DNA of 64,000 nucleotides. Origin: an uncultured virus (IMG/VR IMGVR_UViG_3300039039_000012) (taxonomy: Duplodnaviria; Heunggongvirae; Uroviricota; Caudoviricetes; Crassvirales). Positions 1-9,938 of the stretch are shown here, in pieces; position 1 is the stretch's first letter, and each line of letters opens with the position of its first letter. The stretch lies in the IMG/VR virus record IMGVR_UViG_3300039039_000012; one strand, given 5' to 3'. The position numbers and the translations under genes are program-made. The notes under the pieces are model-generated. The model was not told where the DNA came from and did no database searches. It worked only from the letters and a program-made list of their open reading frames with translations.

Positions 1-3000
1 ATTAGCAATACTTTCAAGTTTATTATTAATATTAGATAAAAATAAAGGAAGATTATTAAATCCAGCACTATCTAAATCAAAAAATTCAAGAAGAGCTTTT
101 TCAACTCCTTGTTGTTGAGCATTTTCTTTAAATCTATCAAAAAATACAAAACGATTAAGATTTTTAATAGTACCATTAGAATTTAAATCAATATGTCCAT
201 TGTCATCTAATCCAATACCAAGTTCAGCACAAGTTTTTTCAAAACTATTTCTAATATTAGCTACATAATTATTAAATACTTTATCTTTAAGTTCATTAAG
301 TTCAGTTCGATTAGGAAGATTATCAAGCATTTTCTTCATAATCTGAATAGCAGCTTTATTACTAGCATCAACCATATGTTGAGGAACTTCTTGTTGGCGA
401 TAAAGATAATTATAACTAAATAATTCAGAATTATCAAATACATTATTATCAAATTCTTTAAGAGCTTCATCAGTTAAAACACCATCATTATTCCAAAGTG
501 TCATTCTGTTATGTTGTGCAACTTTAACAGTTTCAACAGTATTAATTTGATGAATACCTCTATTAGTCATTATATTATAAACTTTTTCAAGTTCTGTTCC
601 TTTAATAAGTTTAGGGATAAGAACAAACTCAGCATTCTTTACTTGTCTAGGAACTTCAATACCAACAGTAGTATCATAATATAAATCATAATAGAAATTC
701 TTTTGAATTTGAACTTTATTAGCAAATTTAGTCCAATCAATTTTATCTATTGAAGTATCATCTGTAAGACTTTGAATAAGTCCAGCATATTTATCTAATT
801 CACCAGCAGCAGTAATACGACGAATCCATTCTTCAAGAGTAATATAAGATTGAGCATCATTAGTATTAACACCGCCTTTAAATGGTTCTAGTATTCGTTC
901 TCTATCTTTTTTATCAAGTCCAGCTTTTTTAAGTTGGTCATCAAGTCTATCAATAACAACTTTATCAGAAGCTTTAAAAGTATTATAAATAGTAACACCC
1001 CTAAATTTATCTTGAAGAACTACTTTTTTATGTTTAGTAACACCATTAACAGTATAAGGAACAGTAACAGCATTACCTTTGATAGTTATATCATATAAAT
1101 CAGTAGCTATATCTAAATCATTTTTAGTAAAATCAGTATTACCAAAAGGATTACCACTAGCTTGTACTTCTTTAATACGTTTTAGAATAGCTTGACCATT
1201 CTTATAAAAACTTTGGTCACCACCATACATATCGTACATACTATCTCTAACAAGATAATCATTAACTAGAAATTCAGCTAAAGATTCATTATTAATCCTA
1301 TCATCAATAAATGTACCATATTTATTTTTAAGTTCTTTATAACCATTAGTTATATATTCATTTAACCAATCAGCAACAGCATCTTCAAGAGCAATACGTT
1401 GTTCTGCATTAAGAACTACTTGATTATTAATATAGCTAAGTCCATGTGTAGACCCCCCGTAGAGGATGTCAATAGTCTTACCATACCCAATTAGTTCATT
1501 AAACGCTCCATTACTATTAGGAGTAATTTTACTAACTAAACGTTTAAAACTAAATACTCTACCAGCTAAAACTTTATGTCCATCTTTAGTAGTAAATACA
1601 TTACCTTTTCCATCTTTATGGTATTGATTATAAAAATGTTCAGGTTTATTATTATAAGTATCACTAAATTCAAAATCTCCATTAGTTAAAATAGGATTAC
1701 CATTAGCATTAGTCTTAAACATTACATTAACAGCTTGAGCTATATTAGTAAGTTCTTGAATAACTATATTATAATACTGTTTAAATAATGGATGCTCTCT
1801 ATTTATAATTTTAGAACCATCTTCTAGTTGACTACGTAATCCAGCAAGACTATATCTAGGAGCAGTAATAGTAAAGTTTTTAGGAGCATCACTAGGTATA
1901 GGAAGTAAATAATTAGCAGTAGGAGTTTCAGAATTATTAATATCAGTCATAAATAATCCCATAGCAGTAATTAAATAATCACCGTCACTCATACTACGAT
2001 ATAAATCATTATTGTTATTATCTAATTCGCTAATACCATTAAGAAGAGAAGTTTTAAACATACTACGAGCATATTCGGTAAGTTTAGGAGTTCCATTTCC
2101 AATTCTTCTAAACAATCCATAATTAATTATATTACCATTACTATCTCTATGTTCAAGAAGTAAATTACTATAATCATATTGATGACTAGCAAACTTTTGT
2201 TTAGCATAAGCTTCAACCATAGCGTTTTGCTCTTCAACAGTAGATTTATCATCATTGATTATTTTAGCAATGTTAGTAATAAAACTTCTATTAATAACAT
2301 CAGAACTTAAATTACCTTCAGGATTACGAGAATTAAGTTCAACAGGAATATAAATAATATCTTTAAAGACATCAGCCATTTGATATATAATAGAAGTATC
2401 ACCTCTATTAATAAAACTATCAGGCATTTTAGTTCCTTTATCCTTTTTAAGCGCTTCTACATATTTATTATAGTTTTCAACTGTACGATTAATAACATTG
2501 GCAAAATTAATAAGATTATTAGCCATAGCTACACGACCAATCTTAGCAATAGCTAAATTAAAACTAGCTTGATTAATATCTGGAAATATTTCTTTAAAAG
2601 CATCATATAAATAAAGATTAGCATGAGGAGTATTTTTATATCTATCATATATACGAAACTTTTCACGAGCAGTAGGAACACGATTAGTAATAATATTATT
2701 CTTAACATTATTATAAAAAGTATTTTGTAAAATAGTACGAGAATCAGTATTAGGATTAGTTACACGAGCACGAACATAACTATTACCATTAGAATCAGTT
2801 TGAATATAAGTTTCAATTTTAGATATAATAGGTTTATTAAACACCATCATATACTTATTAGCAAATACTTTATTTTTGCTAAGTAAATCATGTAATTGAA
2901 TTAAACATTCACAATTTGGAATAGTTTCAGATATACGTTTAAGACTAGCTATAAAATTATCTACATTACTAGTATCAGCACTAGCATATAATATTTTAGA

Positions 3001-3933
3001 TAAATAATTAGCATCAGAAAAAGTAACAACTCCTAATTCATTATTAGTATCAAAAGGATAACTTCCATTATCAAGTTGAGAAGCAGCAGTAAGTTTAGGT
3101 AAACTTGCAAGATGATATTTAATAATTTCTTCTACGTGTTTATTAAAATCTTTAACTTCACCAATACTTAAATTCCAAAGTTGAGTCATTAAATCAATAC
3201 CATCATCTATACTATTTTCATCACCTTCAGTAGAAGTTTCATCAAGATAACCGCCTAATTCTTCATAATCAGTAGTTTGATATAATTCATCTCGTTTAAT
3301 AAGTTTAGCTACATTTTTATTATTAAAAAGAGCTTCATTAAATTCAGTATTAGTTAAAGAACGAAGTAATGCACCATAATTAAAATCTTGAGCATTACCA
3401 TATTTACGAAGAAATGCTCCAAGACCATTAATTTTAATAGCAGGATTTGGATTATTAATAAAGCTATTAAGTTCATTATTTCTAGCTTCATTACTTCCAG
3501 CTAATTTCTTAGCACGTTTAAGTCCAGCATTAATAACAGTTTCATTAGTACGTTTTTTAATTTCATTAAAATTTAATGGAGCACCATTATATAGAAAATT
3601 AAAACTAAGTTTATTCATAATATCAGCCATATAAGTAATAGCTGTATCTCTAGCTTTAATTGTACTAAACAAACCACGTTCTTCTTTTTCAGCAACAGAA
3701 GCTATATCATCCATATTACGAAGTTTAATAGCTCTAGCTTCAAGAAGAGCATTATAAGCTTGTCTTCCAGAAGTTTTAACATTAATACCTTTATCAGCTA
3801 CAATCTTCTTAAAGATTGGGTCTTCAACCATAGCTATAAGACTATAATAATCAGCATTATTAGAACCATGTTCTTTAATAATAATGTTATTAAGATTATT
3901 ATATCCTACAAGTTTAATATTTCCACAACTCAT
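1..3933 (-). CDS. Giant virion RNA polymerase-type protein of crAss-like phages, N-terminal 1311 aa (runs off the window start)
   Basis: Not in the ORF track because its stop is outside the window. Translated by hand from ATG at 3933 (MSCGNIKLVGY...); the same frame is open at the points checked, including position 1. It sits downstream of two other large ejected-protein genes, as in Crassvirales. Catalytic DxDxD motif not seen in the window. Confidence 0.7.
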   Translation of the reverse strand, partial: MSCGNIKLVGYNNLNNIIIKEHGSNNADYYSLIAMVEDPIFKKIVADKGINVKTSGRQAYNALLEARAIKLRNMDDIASVAEKEERGLFSTIKARDTAITYMADIMNKLSFNFLYNGAPLNFNEIKKRTNETVINAGLKRAKKLAGSNEARNNELNSFINNPNPAIKINGLGAFLRKYGNAQDFNYGALLRSLTNTEFNEALFNNKNVAKLIKRDELYQTTDYEELGGYLDETSTEGDENSIDDGIDLMTQLWNLSIGEVKDFNKHVEEIIKYHLASLPKLTAASQLDNGSYPFDTNNELGVVTFSDANYLSKILYASADTSNVDNFIASLKRISETIPNCECLIQLHDLLSKNKVFANKYMMVFNKPIISKIETYIQTDSNGNSYVRARVTNPNTDSRTILQNTFYNNVKNNIITNRVPTAREKFRIYDRYKNTPHANLYLYDAFKEIFPDINQASFNLAIAKIGRVAMANNLINFANVINRTVENYNKYVEALKKDKGTKMPDSFINRGDTSIIYQMADVFKDIIYIPVELNSRNPEGNLSSDVINRSFITNIAKIINDDKSTVEEQNAMVEAYAKQKFASHQYDYSNLLLEHRDSNGNIINYGLFRRIGNGTPKLTEYARSMFKTSLLNGISELDNNNNDLYRSMSDGDYLITAMGLFMTDINNSETPTANYLLPIPSDAPKNFTITAPRYSLAGLRSQLEDGSKIINREHPLFKQYYNIVIQELTNIAQAVNVMFKTNANGNPILTNGDFEFSDTYNNKPEHFYNQYHKDGKGNVFTTKDGHKVLAGRVFSFKRLVSKITPNSNGAFNELIGYGKTIDILYGGSTHGLSYINNQVVLNAEQRIALEDAVADWLNEYITNGYKELKNKYGTFIDDRINNESLAEFLVNDYLVRDSMYDMYGGDQSFYKNGQAILKRIKEVQASGNPFGNTDFTKNDLDIATDLYDITIKGNAVTVPYTVNGVTKHKKVVLQDKFRGVTIYNTFKASDKVVIDRLDDQLKKAGLDKKDRERILEPFKGGVNTNDAQSYITLEEWIRRITAAGELDKYAGLIQSLTDDTSIDKIDWTKFANKVQIQKNFYYDLYYDTTVGIEVPRQVKNAEFVLIPKLIKGTELEKVYNIMTNRGIHQINTVETVKVAQHNRMTLWNNDGVLTDEALKEFDNNVFDNSELFSYNYLYRQQEVPQHMVDASNKAAIQIMKKMLDNLPNRTELNELKDKVFNNYVANIRNSFEKTCAELGIGLDDNGHIDLNSNGTIKNLNRFVFFDRFKENAQQQGVEKALLEFFDLDSAGFNNLPLFLSNINNKLESIAN

Positions 3934-3970
3934 AAGTTTATATTTAAGTTTAAATTCATTAATAGTAATA

Positions 3971-4017
3971 CCTCTATGACTAATGTAAAGTAAAATTTTA
4001 TTACATCGTCATAGAGG
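3971..4017. promoter_or_regulatory. Intergenic hairpin between the two largest genes
   Basis: CCTCTATGAC...GTCATAGAGG 10-bp arms with inner ATGTAA/TTACAT arms. Confidence 0.6.
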
Positions 4018-4063
4018 CTGTTTTCTTTCGTTTTAAGCGACTTTTATATTTGCTCGATTAATT

Positions 4064-7000
4064 CTACATACAGCTAAAACTGATGCGCCCTGTGTCAAGC
4101 AAAGTGGCAAATTCGGGCTGTTGGTCTATTGGTAAACAGCTAGTTAATTCAGCCATATTTGACACCACATCATCATCAACACTACTAAACATATCAAGTC
4201 CATCATTAAGATTATCATTATTATAATTATAATCTTGACTGTTATCTTCATTAGGATTTTCAATTTGTTCTGTACTAACAGTTTCTTCTTCAAATTGAAA
4301 AGTTCCTTGAATAGCCTCTTGATTACTTTCTTTAGGCATTTTTTTAATAGCTTTATAAGCATCTCTAGCAGCAGCTAATAAACTATCTTCATTAATCTTA
4401 ATACCTAACATATCAGCAATAACTTCAAGAAGTCTACTAAATAAAGTCTTACGTTTATTAACTTTTCTATTATCATATTTAATTTCATTAAGTGCAGTCA
4501 TAAGAGCATTACTAGTAATACTTTCAACTAGAAATTCTTCAAGAGCTTCACTTGTATTAAAGTTCTCAAACAGATAAGGTTTAAGTCTTTCTTTAGTAGA
4601 ATCATCTTGAGTATCAAGCCAAGCTTTAAATTTATCATAAATAGGTTTAACTAAAGTAAGAGCTTGTTCAGTATTATATTTAGTATAAAGTTGTCTATGT
4701 AAACTTTCATGAAGTATAATATTAACAACTCGATAAACTCTTTGACCAGCAATAGCAGAACTATTAAGTTCAATAGTATCTGTATCACGATGATAAACAG
4801 CATTAACTTTATTACCATTATTATCAGTAATACTATCTACAACTTGAATATTTTTAGGCAATATACCAATCTTTTGAAGAGCATTAATATAATCAATAGC
4901 AGTTTGGTCATTAGCAAAATACTTTTTAAGTCCACGAGTTAAATTCTTAGCAGTTATAGCAGATTCAAAAGCATTAAAATTAATAGCATTAAGAGTATCA
5001 TCTAACATGAACTCTGATAGCTGTTCAGGTATTGCTCCATCCTCCACGGGGGGTCTACCCTCAAGTTCATAAGTAATATCGAGTTTAGAATGAATATCTA
5101 TTTGCCAATTACCAGCAGTTTCATCTGTATTAGTATTAGCTAATTTAGTTCTAACTAAGCCATTACTAATAATAAAATCTTGATAACTATTATAATTATA
5201 AGTTTTACCATCAATATTTATAATAGTTTTACCATTTTCACGATAAATATATTTATTAGTTTTATTATTAGTTTTTGTACTATCATTAATAAAATCTTTA
5301 CTAATAGCAAATTGAGCATAGTTAAACATTTCATCAATAACAGGACGAAGAGCATTATCTAATTCATCAATAGTACTAGCATTAATACCATAACTTTTAC
5401 CTATTTTAAAAGCACTATTAACAACATAAGGAGAATTAATAATAATATTACGTTTATAATTACCAGCATCAGAATTAATAGTAAAAGCATAATCCTTACC
5501 ATTAAAATGTGCACCTTTAACATAAAAGCCTATATTAGTAGGATTAATACTAATTTGAAGTCCAGTATTTCTATCTCCGTTAATAAGTTTATTATTTCCA
5601 AATATATCTCCAAGACTTTGTTTAAGTTCACCAAAACTTATTTTTCCACTAATATAATCTCTACAAAGATTATTAACTTCATTCTTAATAGAATTAGTAA
5701 TACGTTGAGCATCACCTTTAAGTAGATTACTATTTAATGGAACTTGTTTACAAAAAGCATATAGAGAAGTACCATCACTACTTGGAATACTAATAACAGG
5801 CATACCATTAGTAGTAAGATTTTCAATAATAGTAGGTTTACTTTCTCCATTAAGATATACTTGACCTTGTACAACTACACCAAGTTTATTAACATCTTCA
5901 TTATAATTAACTACTGTTTCTTGTACATCATTCCATTCACCATTAGCATCATCAATAGTATTAAGAACTCCATATTTAACATTAACAGCTTTAACTTTAC
6001 CTTTAAAATCACCTTTAACTATTGTAATAGCTTGGTCATAACTATTAAGAAGATTATTAAACCAACGATTAATACTAGCTTCATGACTATTTTCATAAGG
6101 CTGATTAAATATGTATTTAGTAAGATTAACAAGATGCCCAGCTAAATCAAAACTTGCAACAGGAGTAGTAAAGTTTTTAACAATATCAGGATATTTAACT
6201 TCAAATTCTTTAAATAAAGTATCAAGTTCTTTATTTGTAACTTCTTCTTTAACTGCAAGTTCATATAAATGACCAATAAATTCTTCATCAAATCTATCAC
6301 CATCAAGAATACTAATTAAAGCATCTTTAAGCGGAGAAACAACTTGACCATTTTCAGCATGAATATTATATTTCCAACCTTGATTAACCATATCATAATT
6401 ACCAAACTTATCAATATTTGGAACTCCTATATAACCAATAATTGTATCATTAGCAAATATATCAATACGTTTAAGTTTAATATTATATACAGCTTCTAAA
6501 TAATCACCTTGTTTAATACTAGTAAATGCTTTAACATTTTCATTCTCTACTATATATTTAAGATTAACATTATTAGTATGCTCAACTTGAAGTCTTTCAA
6601 GACGTTCTTTAGCAATACCATCTATATATTGAACAAATTGTTTAGCATTAAGTTTCTTAATAGTTGATTCATCAGTAGCACGATATTTACCTTGATTATT
6701 AGTGCTGGCGTAAAGATAGTTTTTTATTTGATTAAACAAGTAATTTTTAATAATTTTATTACCCGTAACACTATCTATATATTCAACTAATTGACCAATA
6801 CTAAGATAGACTTTGCCATTAACAATTTTACCTCTAGTATTACCTTCACTATCAACACTATTAGCAAAATCATCCATAATAGCTTCTATATTGCGTTCAT
6901 TACCTGTAACAGTAGCATAAGTAGCATTAAGTAATAAACGTCTAGTACTATCATCTTGAACAGAACTATATAAACTACCGCCTGTAAGACCGTCAATAAT

Positions 7001-9937
7001 ATTATTAACTATGTCAGTAGCTTCCGTTTGTTCAAATCCAGCTTGATTAAGTTTATCAATAAAAGACTGTCTAGCATTAAGTAAATCACTACTAGTAGAT
7101 TCATGTCCTAAAGAATCTTCTAAATCAGCAATACTTTCATAAACTAAATCAGTACCTATTTGACCGCGTTCAAATTCATCATCTGGAAGAGTATTATTAA
7201 CTTCAGATTTAGGAGTACTAATAGGTTCTTGAGAAATTGGTTGTTCAGTTTGAGATTGAGGTTGTTCAGTATTAGTAGGCTCACTAGGAACCGCTTCGCT
7301 TCGCTCCGCTATACTCCCCGTGGAGGATGGAGATGAGTTAGTATCATCTACATCAGTTTCATTAACTTCATTAACATCAGGATTAACAGGGGCAACTTCT
7401 TCCTCTTTAGGAGCATTATTAACATCGTTTTCAATCTCAGCAATCTCAGCTAATTGCTCTATTGTATTTTTAAGATGTTCATTACCTTTAGAACTTAAAT
7501 CAAGTGCAGCATAAGCATCTCTAATAACTTTATCTATATTAGGTTTATTACCATTATTAGCATCTTTAATAACAGAATTGACATATTCTTTACCATATTG
7601 TTTATAAGCATTACGTAAATCGTCCATAGCTTTATTAACAATCTTTTTACGACTATTATCAAAGAAGTTATTAAGATAAGTTATACGAGATTTAATATTA
7701 TCATCAGATAAATTAAGTTGATTTTTATTAACCTCAACATTAATCTCAGCATTAACAACTTCTGCTAAATCTTTAAATACTTCATTATATTGTTTTTGAA
7801 GTTGAATAGCTGATTGAATATCATTTTTATTTTCAATATCAATAGGAGTATAAAGTTTATTAATAGCATCTAGACGTTCATTTAATTGAGCAATACGTTC
7901 TTGCTTAACAGAATTATTAATTGCTGCATTATCTTGAATAGTTTTAACATCTCTTTGAATACTATTAATAATATGCTGATAAATACCATTCTTATCAGAA
8001 TTAATATCAACATCTTCAATATGATTATTTGTAATATCTTGATTTAAAACATTATTAGCCCAATTAAGAAGATTATTATAATTTTCTTGACGATTACGAG
8101 CATGAACCATTTGGGTAGCTATAATACGACCAACTTCAAATCCGCCACCAAGTCTATTAACTTTATTTAAAGTAGTATTATATTCATTTTTAAGATTATT
8201 AATTTCAGTTTTAAATCTATTAATAAGTTCACTACTTTCTTGTTGTTGTAATCCAAGTTTATTAGTAATACTATCATTAAATTCTTTACTATTAATAGAA
8301 CTTTCAAGAAGTCCTAAATTACCAGCGTTCATAGAATTAATAATAATATTATCCATATATTCTTTTTCAGCTATACTACGAAATTCTTCTTCAGTACCAG
8401 CAATAATATCTGGATTAACTTGATTACCATTTTCATCAGTAATAGTTATAAATGGATTTTTACCATTAGCAATACTATTAAGTCTTTCTTGATATGCTTG
8501 AAAAGTAGCAGTACGACCAAGAATTTCGTTTTCTCTTTGTTTTTCAGCAGAAGTCCAATCTTTATCAAGACGTTTATTAATAAACTCTCCAGCTTTATTC
8601 ATAACACTACTAAAAGTAACACCACCAAGAGCACCCCAAAATGCTTGCTCCCATAACATTGGGTCTTGAAGATAATCTTTAATAGTTTGTTGAGGAATAT
8701 CTTTATCAAATACTTTTTTACCATTATATAAACCATCTTGGCTAGCTATATAATTAATAGCTTCTTCAACCCCTTCTGTCCATTCAGCTCTAACACCATG
8801 AAGAATATCATTACCCACATCTTTTAATGTACTAGTAATAGCTTGTTTAGTAGTTTTATTACTTAAAGCATTAGTAATTGCAGCAGCATCATCAATATTA
8901 CTATTAAATGCAGTATTTAAATTTCTAAGTCTAGAACTAGTTGTATTACCACTTAAAGCATTTTTCCATAAGTTCTTTAAACTATAAACTTGCCATACGT
9001 CAAAAAGAACATTAGCCCAATCTTTAGCAAAAGTAATATCAGCACTATTTTTAGCAATATCTTTAGCTACTTCTTCATCAGACATATCTTTATATTTAGG
9101 ATTATTATTATAAAACTCTTCTCTTTGTTTATCATTCATATTAGCAAGTTGAGTTTTAGAATAATCTTCAATATCATTATAAGTTTGTCTAGCTTCTTGA
9201 TAATTTTCAAGATAACGAGAAGGAACTCCAATAGCAGTAGCTTCTGCTATTCTATTAGTAATTGCTCTACTCTTTTGTGTCATATTAATAGCATTAGCCA
9301 TTTTATTGGCTAATTTATTAAACTTTATACCTTTACCTAATAAAGAAATACCTTTAGCAAGACCGGTACTAGGAACCATAAGAGTTAAAGAACTAGCTAT
9401 ACTAGGAGCATTACTAGCCCACCAAGCAAAATCTCCAATATCAAATGCAGCATTAGGATTTTCTCGATATATAGCTAATCTTTCATTAATAGATTCTTTT
9501 AAAAATTCAAGTCCAGAACTTATTTCAGATTGATAATCATTAGGGGTATCACTAATCATATTATAAAATGCGTCTGCTAAATCAGCAAAACCAATAGCTG
9601 TTCCAACAGTAATTTCATTACCAATTTGTCCAATCATTCTTAATCCTTGTTCCCAATTACTTTGATTAACAGCACGTTCTTTATCAAGTTTTTCAGGGTC
9701 ATCAACAGGATTAACATAAACATCATAAGGAGCATATTTATCTATATCATATTGGTTAAGATTATATGATTGCCCAGCAATGCGACTAAATAAATGACCA
9801 CGACCCTGGTCACTAATAGAAGTGCCAGGGTTGTAATCAACTAAAGTAGGAGGCTGTATAGCCCCCTTTTTAGTTTTAGGATTATATTCAGGATTAGGTG
9901 TTTTGTTACCACCTTGTAGAAACTTTAATACATCCAT
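4064..9937 (-). CDS. Large virion/ejected protein (1957 aa), RNAP-associated, with C-terminal zincin-like domain
   Basis: ILHESLH (HExxH) followed by EEFLVE near the C terminus; glycine-rich hydrophobic N-terminal segments; synteny with crAss RNAP-associated large genes. Confidence 0.65.
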   Translation of the reverse strand: MDVLKFLQGGNKTPNPEYNPKTKKGAIQPPTLVDYNPGTSISDQGRGHLFSRIAGQSYNLNQYDIDKYAPYDVYVNPVDDPEKLDKERAVNQSNWEQGLRMIGQIGNEITVGTAIGFADLADAFYNMISDTPNDYQSEISSGLEFLKESINERLAIYRENPNAAFDIGDFAWWASNAPSIASSLTLMVPSTGLAKGISLLGKGIKFNKLANKMANAINMTQKSRAITNRIAEATAIGVPSRYLENYQEARQTYNDIEDYSKTQLANMNDKQREEFYNNNPKYKDMSDEEVAKDIAKNSADITFAKDWANVLFDVWQVYSLKNLWKNALSGNTTSSRLRNLNTAFNSNIDDAAAITNALSNKTTKQAITSTLKDVGNDILHGVRAEWTEGVEEAINYIASQDGLYNGKKVFDKDIPQQTIKDYLQDPMLWEQAFWGALGGVTFSSVMNKAGEFINKRLDKDWTSAEKQRENEILGRTATFQAYQERLNSIANGKNPFITITDENGNQVNPDIIAGTEEEFRSIAEKEYMDNIIINSMNAGNLGLLESSINSKEFNDSITNKLGLQQQESSELINRFKTEINNLKNEYNTTLNKVNRLGGGFEVGRIIATQMVHARNRQENYNNLLNWANNVLNQDITNNHIEDVDINSDKNGIYQHIINSIQRDVKTIQDNAAINNSVKQERIAQLNERLDAINKLYTPIDIENKNDIQSAIQLQKQYNEVFKDLAEVVNAEINVEVNKNQLNLSDDNIKSRITYLNNFFDNSRKKIVNKAMDDLRNAYKQYGKEYVNSVIKDANNGNKPNIDKVIRDAYAALDLSSKGNEHLKNTIEQLAEIAEIENDVNNAPKEEEVAPVNPDVNEVNETDVDDTNSSPSSTGSIAERSEAVPSEPTNTEQPQSQTEQPISQEPISTPKSEVNNTLPDDEFERGQIGTDLVYESIADLEDSLGHESTSSDLLNARQSFIDKLNQAGFEQTEATDIVNNIIDGLTGGSLYSSVQDDSTRRLLLNATYATVTGNERNIEAIMDDFANSVDSEGNTRGKIVNGKVYLSIGQLVEYIDSVTGNKIIKNYLFNQIKNYLYASTNNQGKYRATDESTIKKLNAKQFVQYIDGIAKERLERLQVEHTNNVNLKYIVENENVKAFTSIKQGDYLEAVYNIKLKRIDIFANDTIIGYIGVPNIDKFGNYDMVNQGWKYNIHAENGQVVSPLKDALISILDGDRFDEEFIGHLYELAVKEEVTNKELDTLFKEFEVKYPDIVKNFTTPVASFDLAGHLVNLTKYIFNQPYENSHEASINRWFNNLLNSYDQAITIVKGDFKGKVKAVNVKYGVLNTIDDANGEWNDVQETVVNYNEDVNKLGVVVQGQVYLNGESKPTIIENLTTNGMPVISIPSSDGTSLYAFCKQVPLNSNLLKGDAQRITNSIKNEVNNLCRDYISGKISFGELKQSLGDIFGNNKLINGDRNTGLQISINPTNIGFYVKGAHFNGKDYAFTINSDAGNYKRNIIINSPYVVNSAFKIGKSYGINASTIDELDNALRPVIDEMFNYAQFAISKDFINDSTKTNNKTNKYIYRENGKTIINIDGKTYNYNSYQDFIISNGLVRTKLANTNTDETAGNWQIDIHSKLDITYELEGRPPVEDGAIPEQLSEFMLDDTLNAINFNAFESAITAKNLTRGLKKYFANDQTAIDYINALQKIGILPKNIQVVDSITDNNGNKVNAVYHRDTDTIELNSSAIAGQRVYRVVNIILHESLHRQLYTKYNTEQALTLVKPIYDKFKAWLDTQDDSTKERLKPYLFENFNTSEALEEFLVESITSNALMTALNEIKYDNRKVNKRKTLFSRLLEVIADMLGIKINEDSLLAAARDAYKAIKKMPKESNQEAIQGTFQFEEETVSTEQIENPNEDNSQDYNYNNDNLNDGLDMFSSVDDDVVSNMAELTSCLPIDQQPEFATLLDTGRISFSCM

Positions 9938-9938
9938 A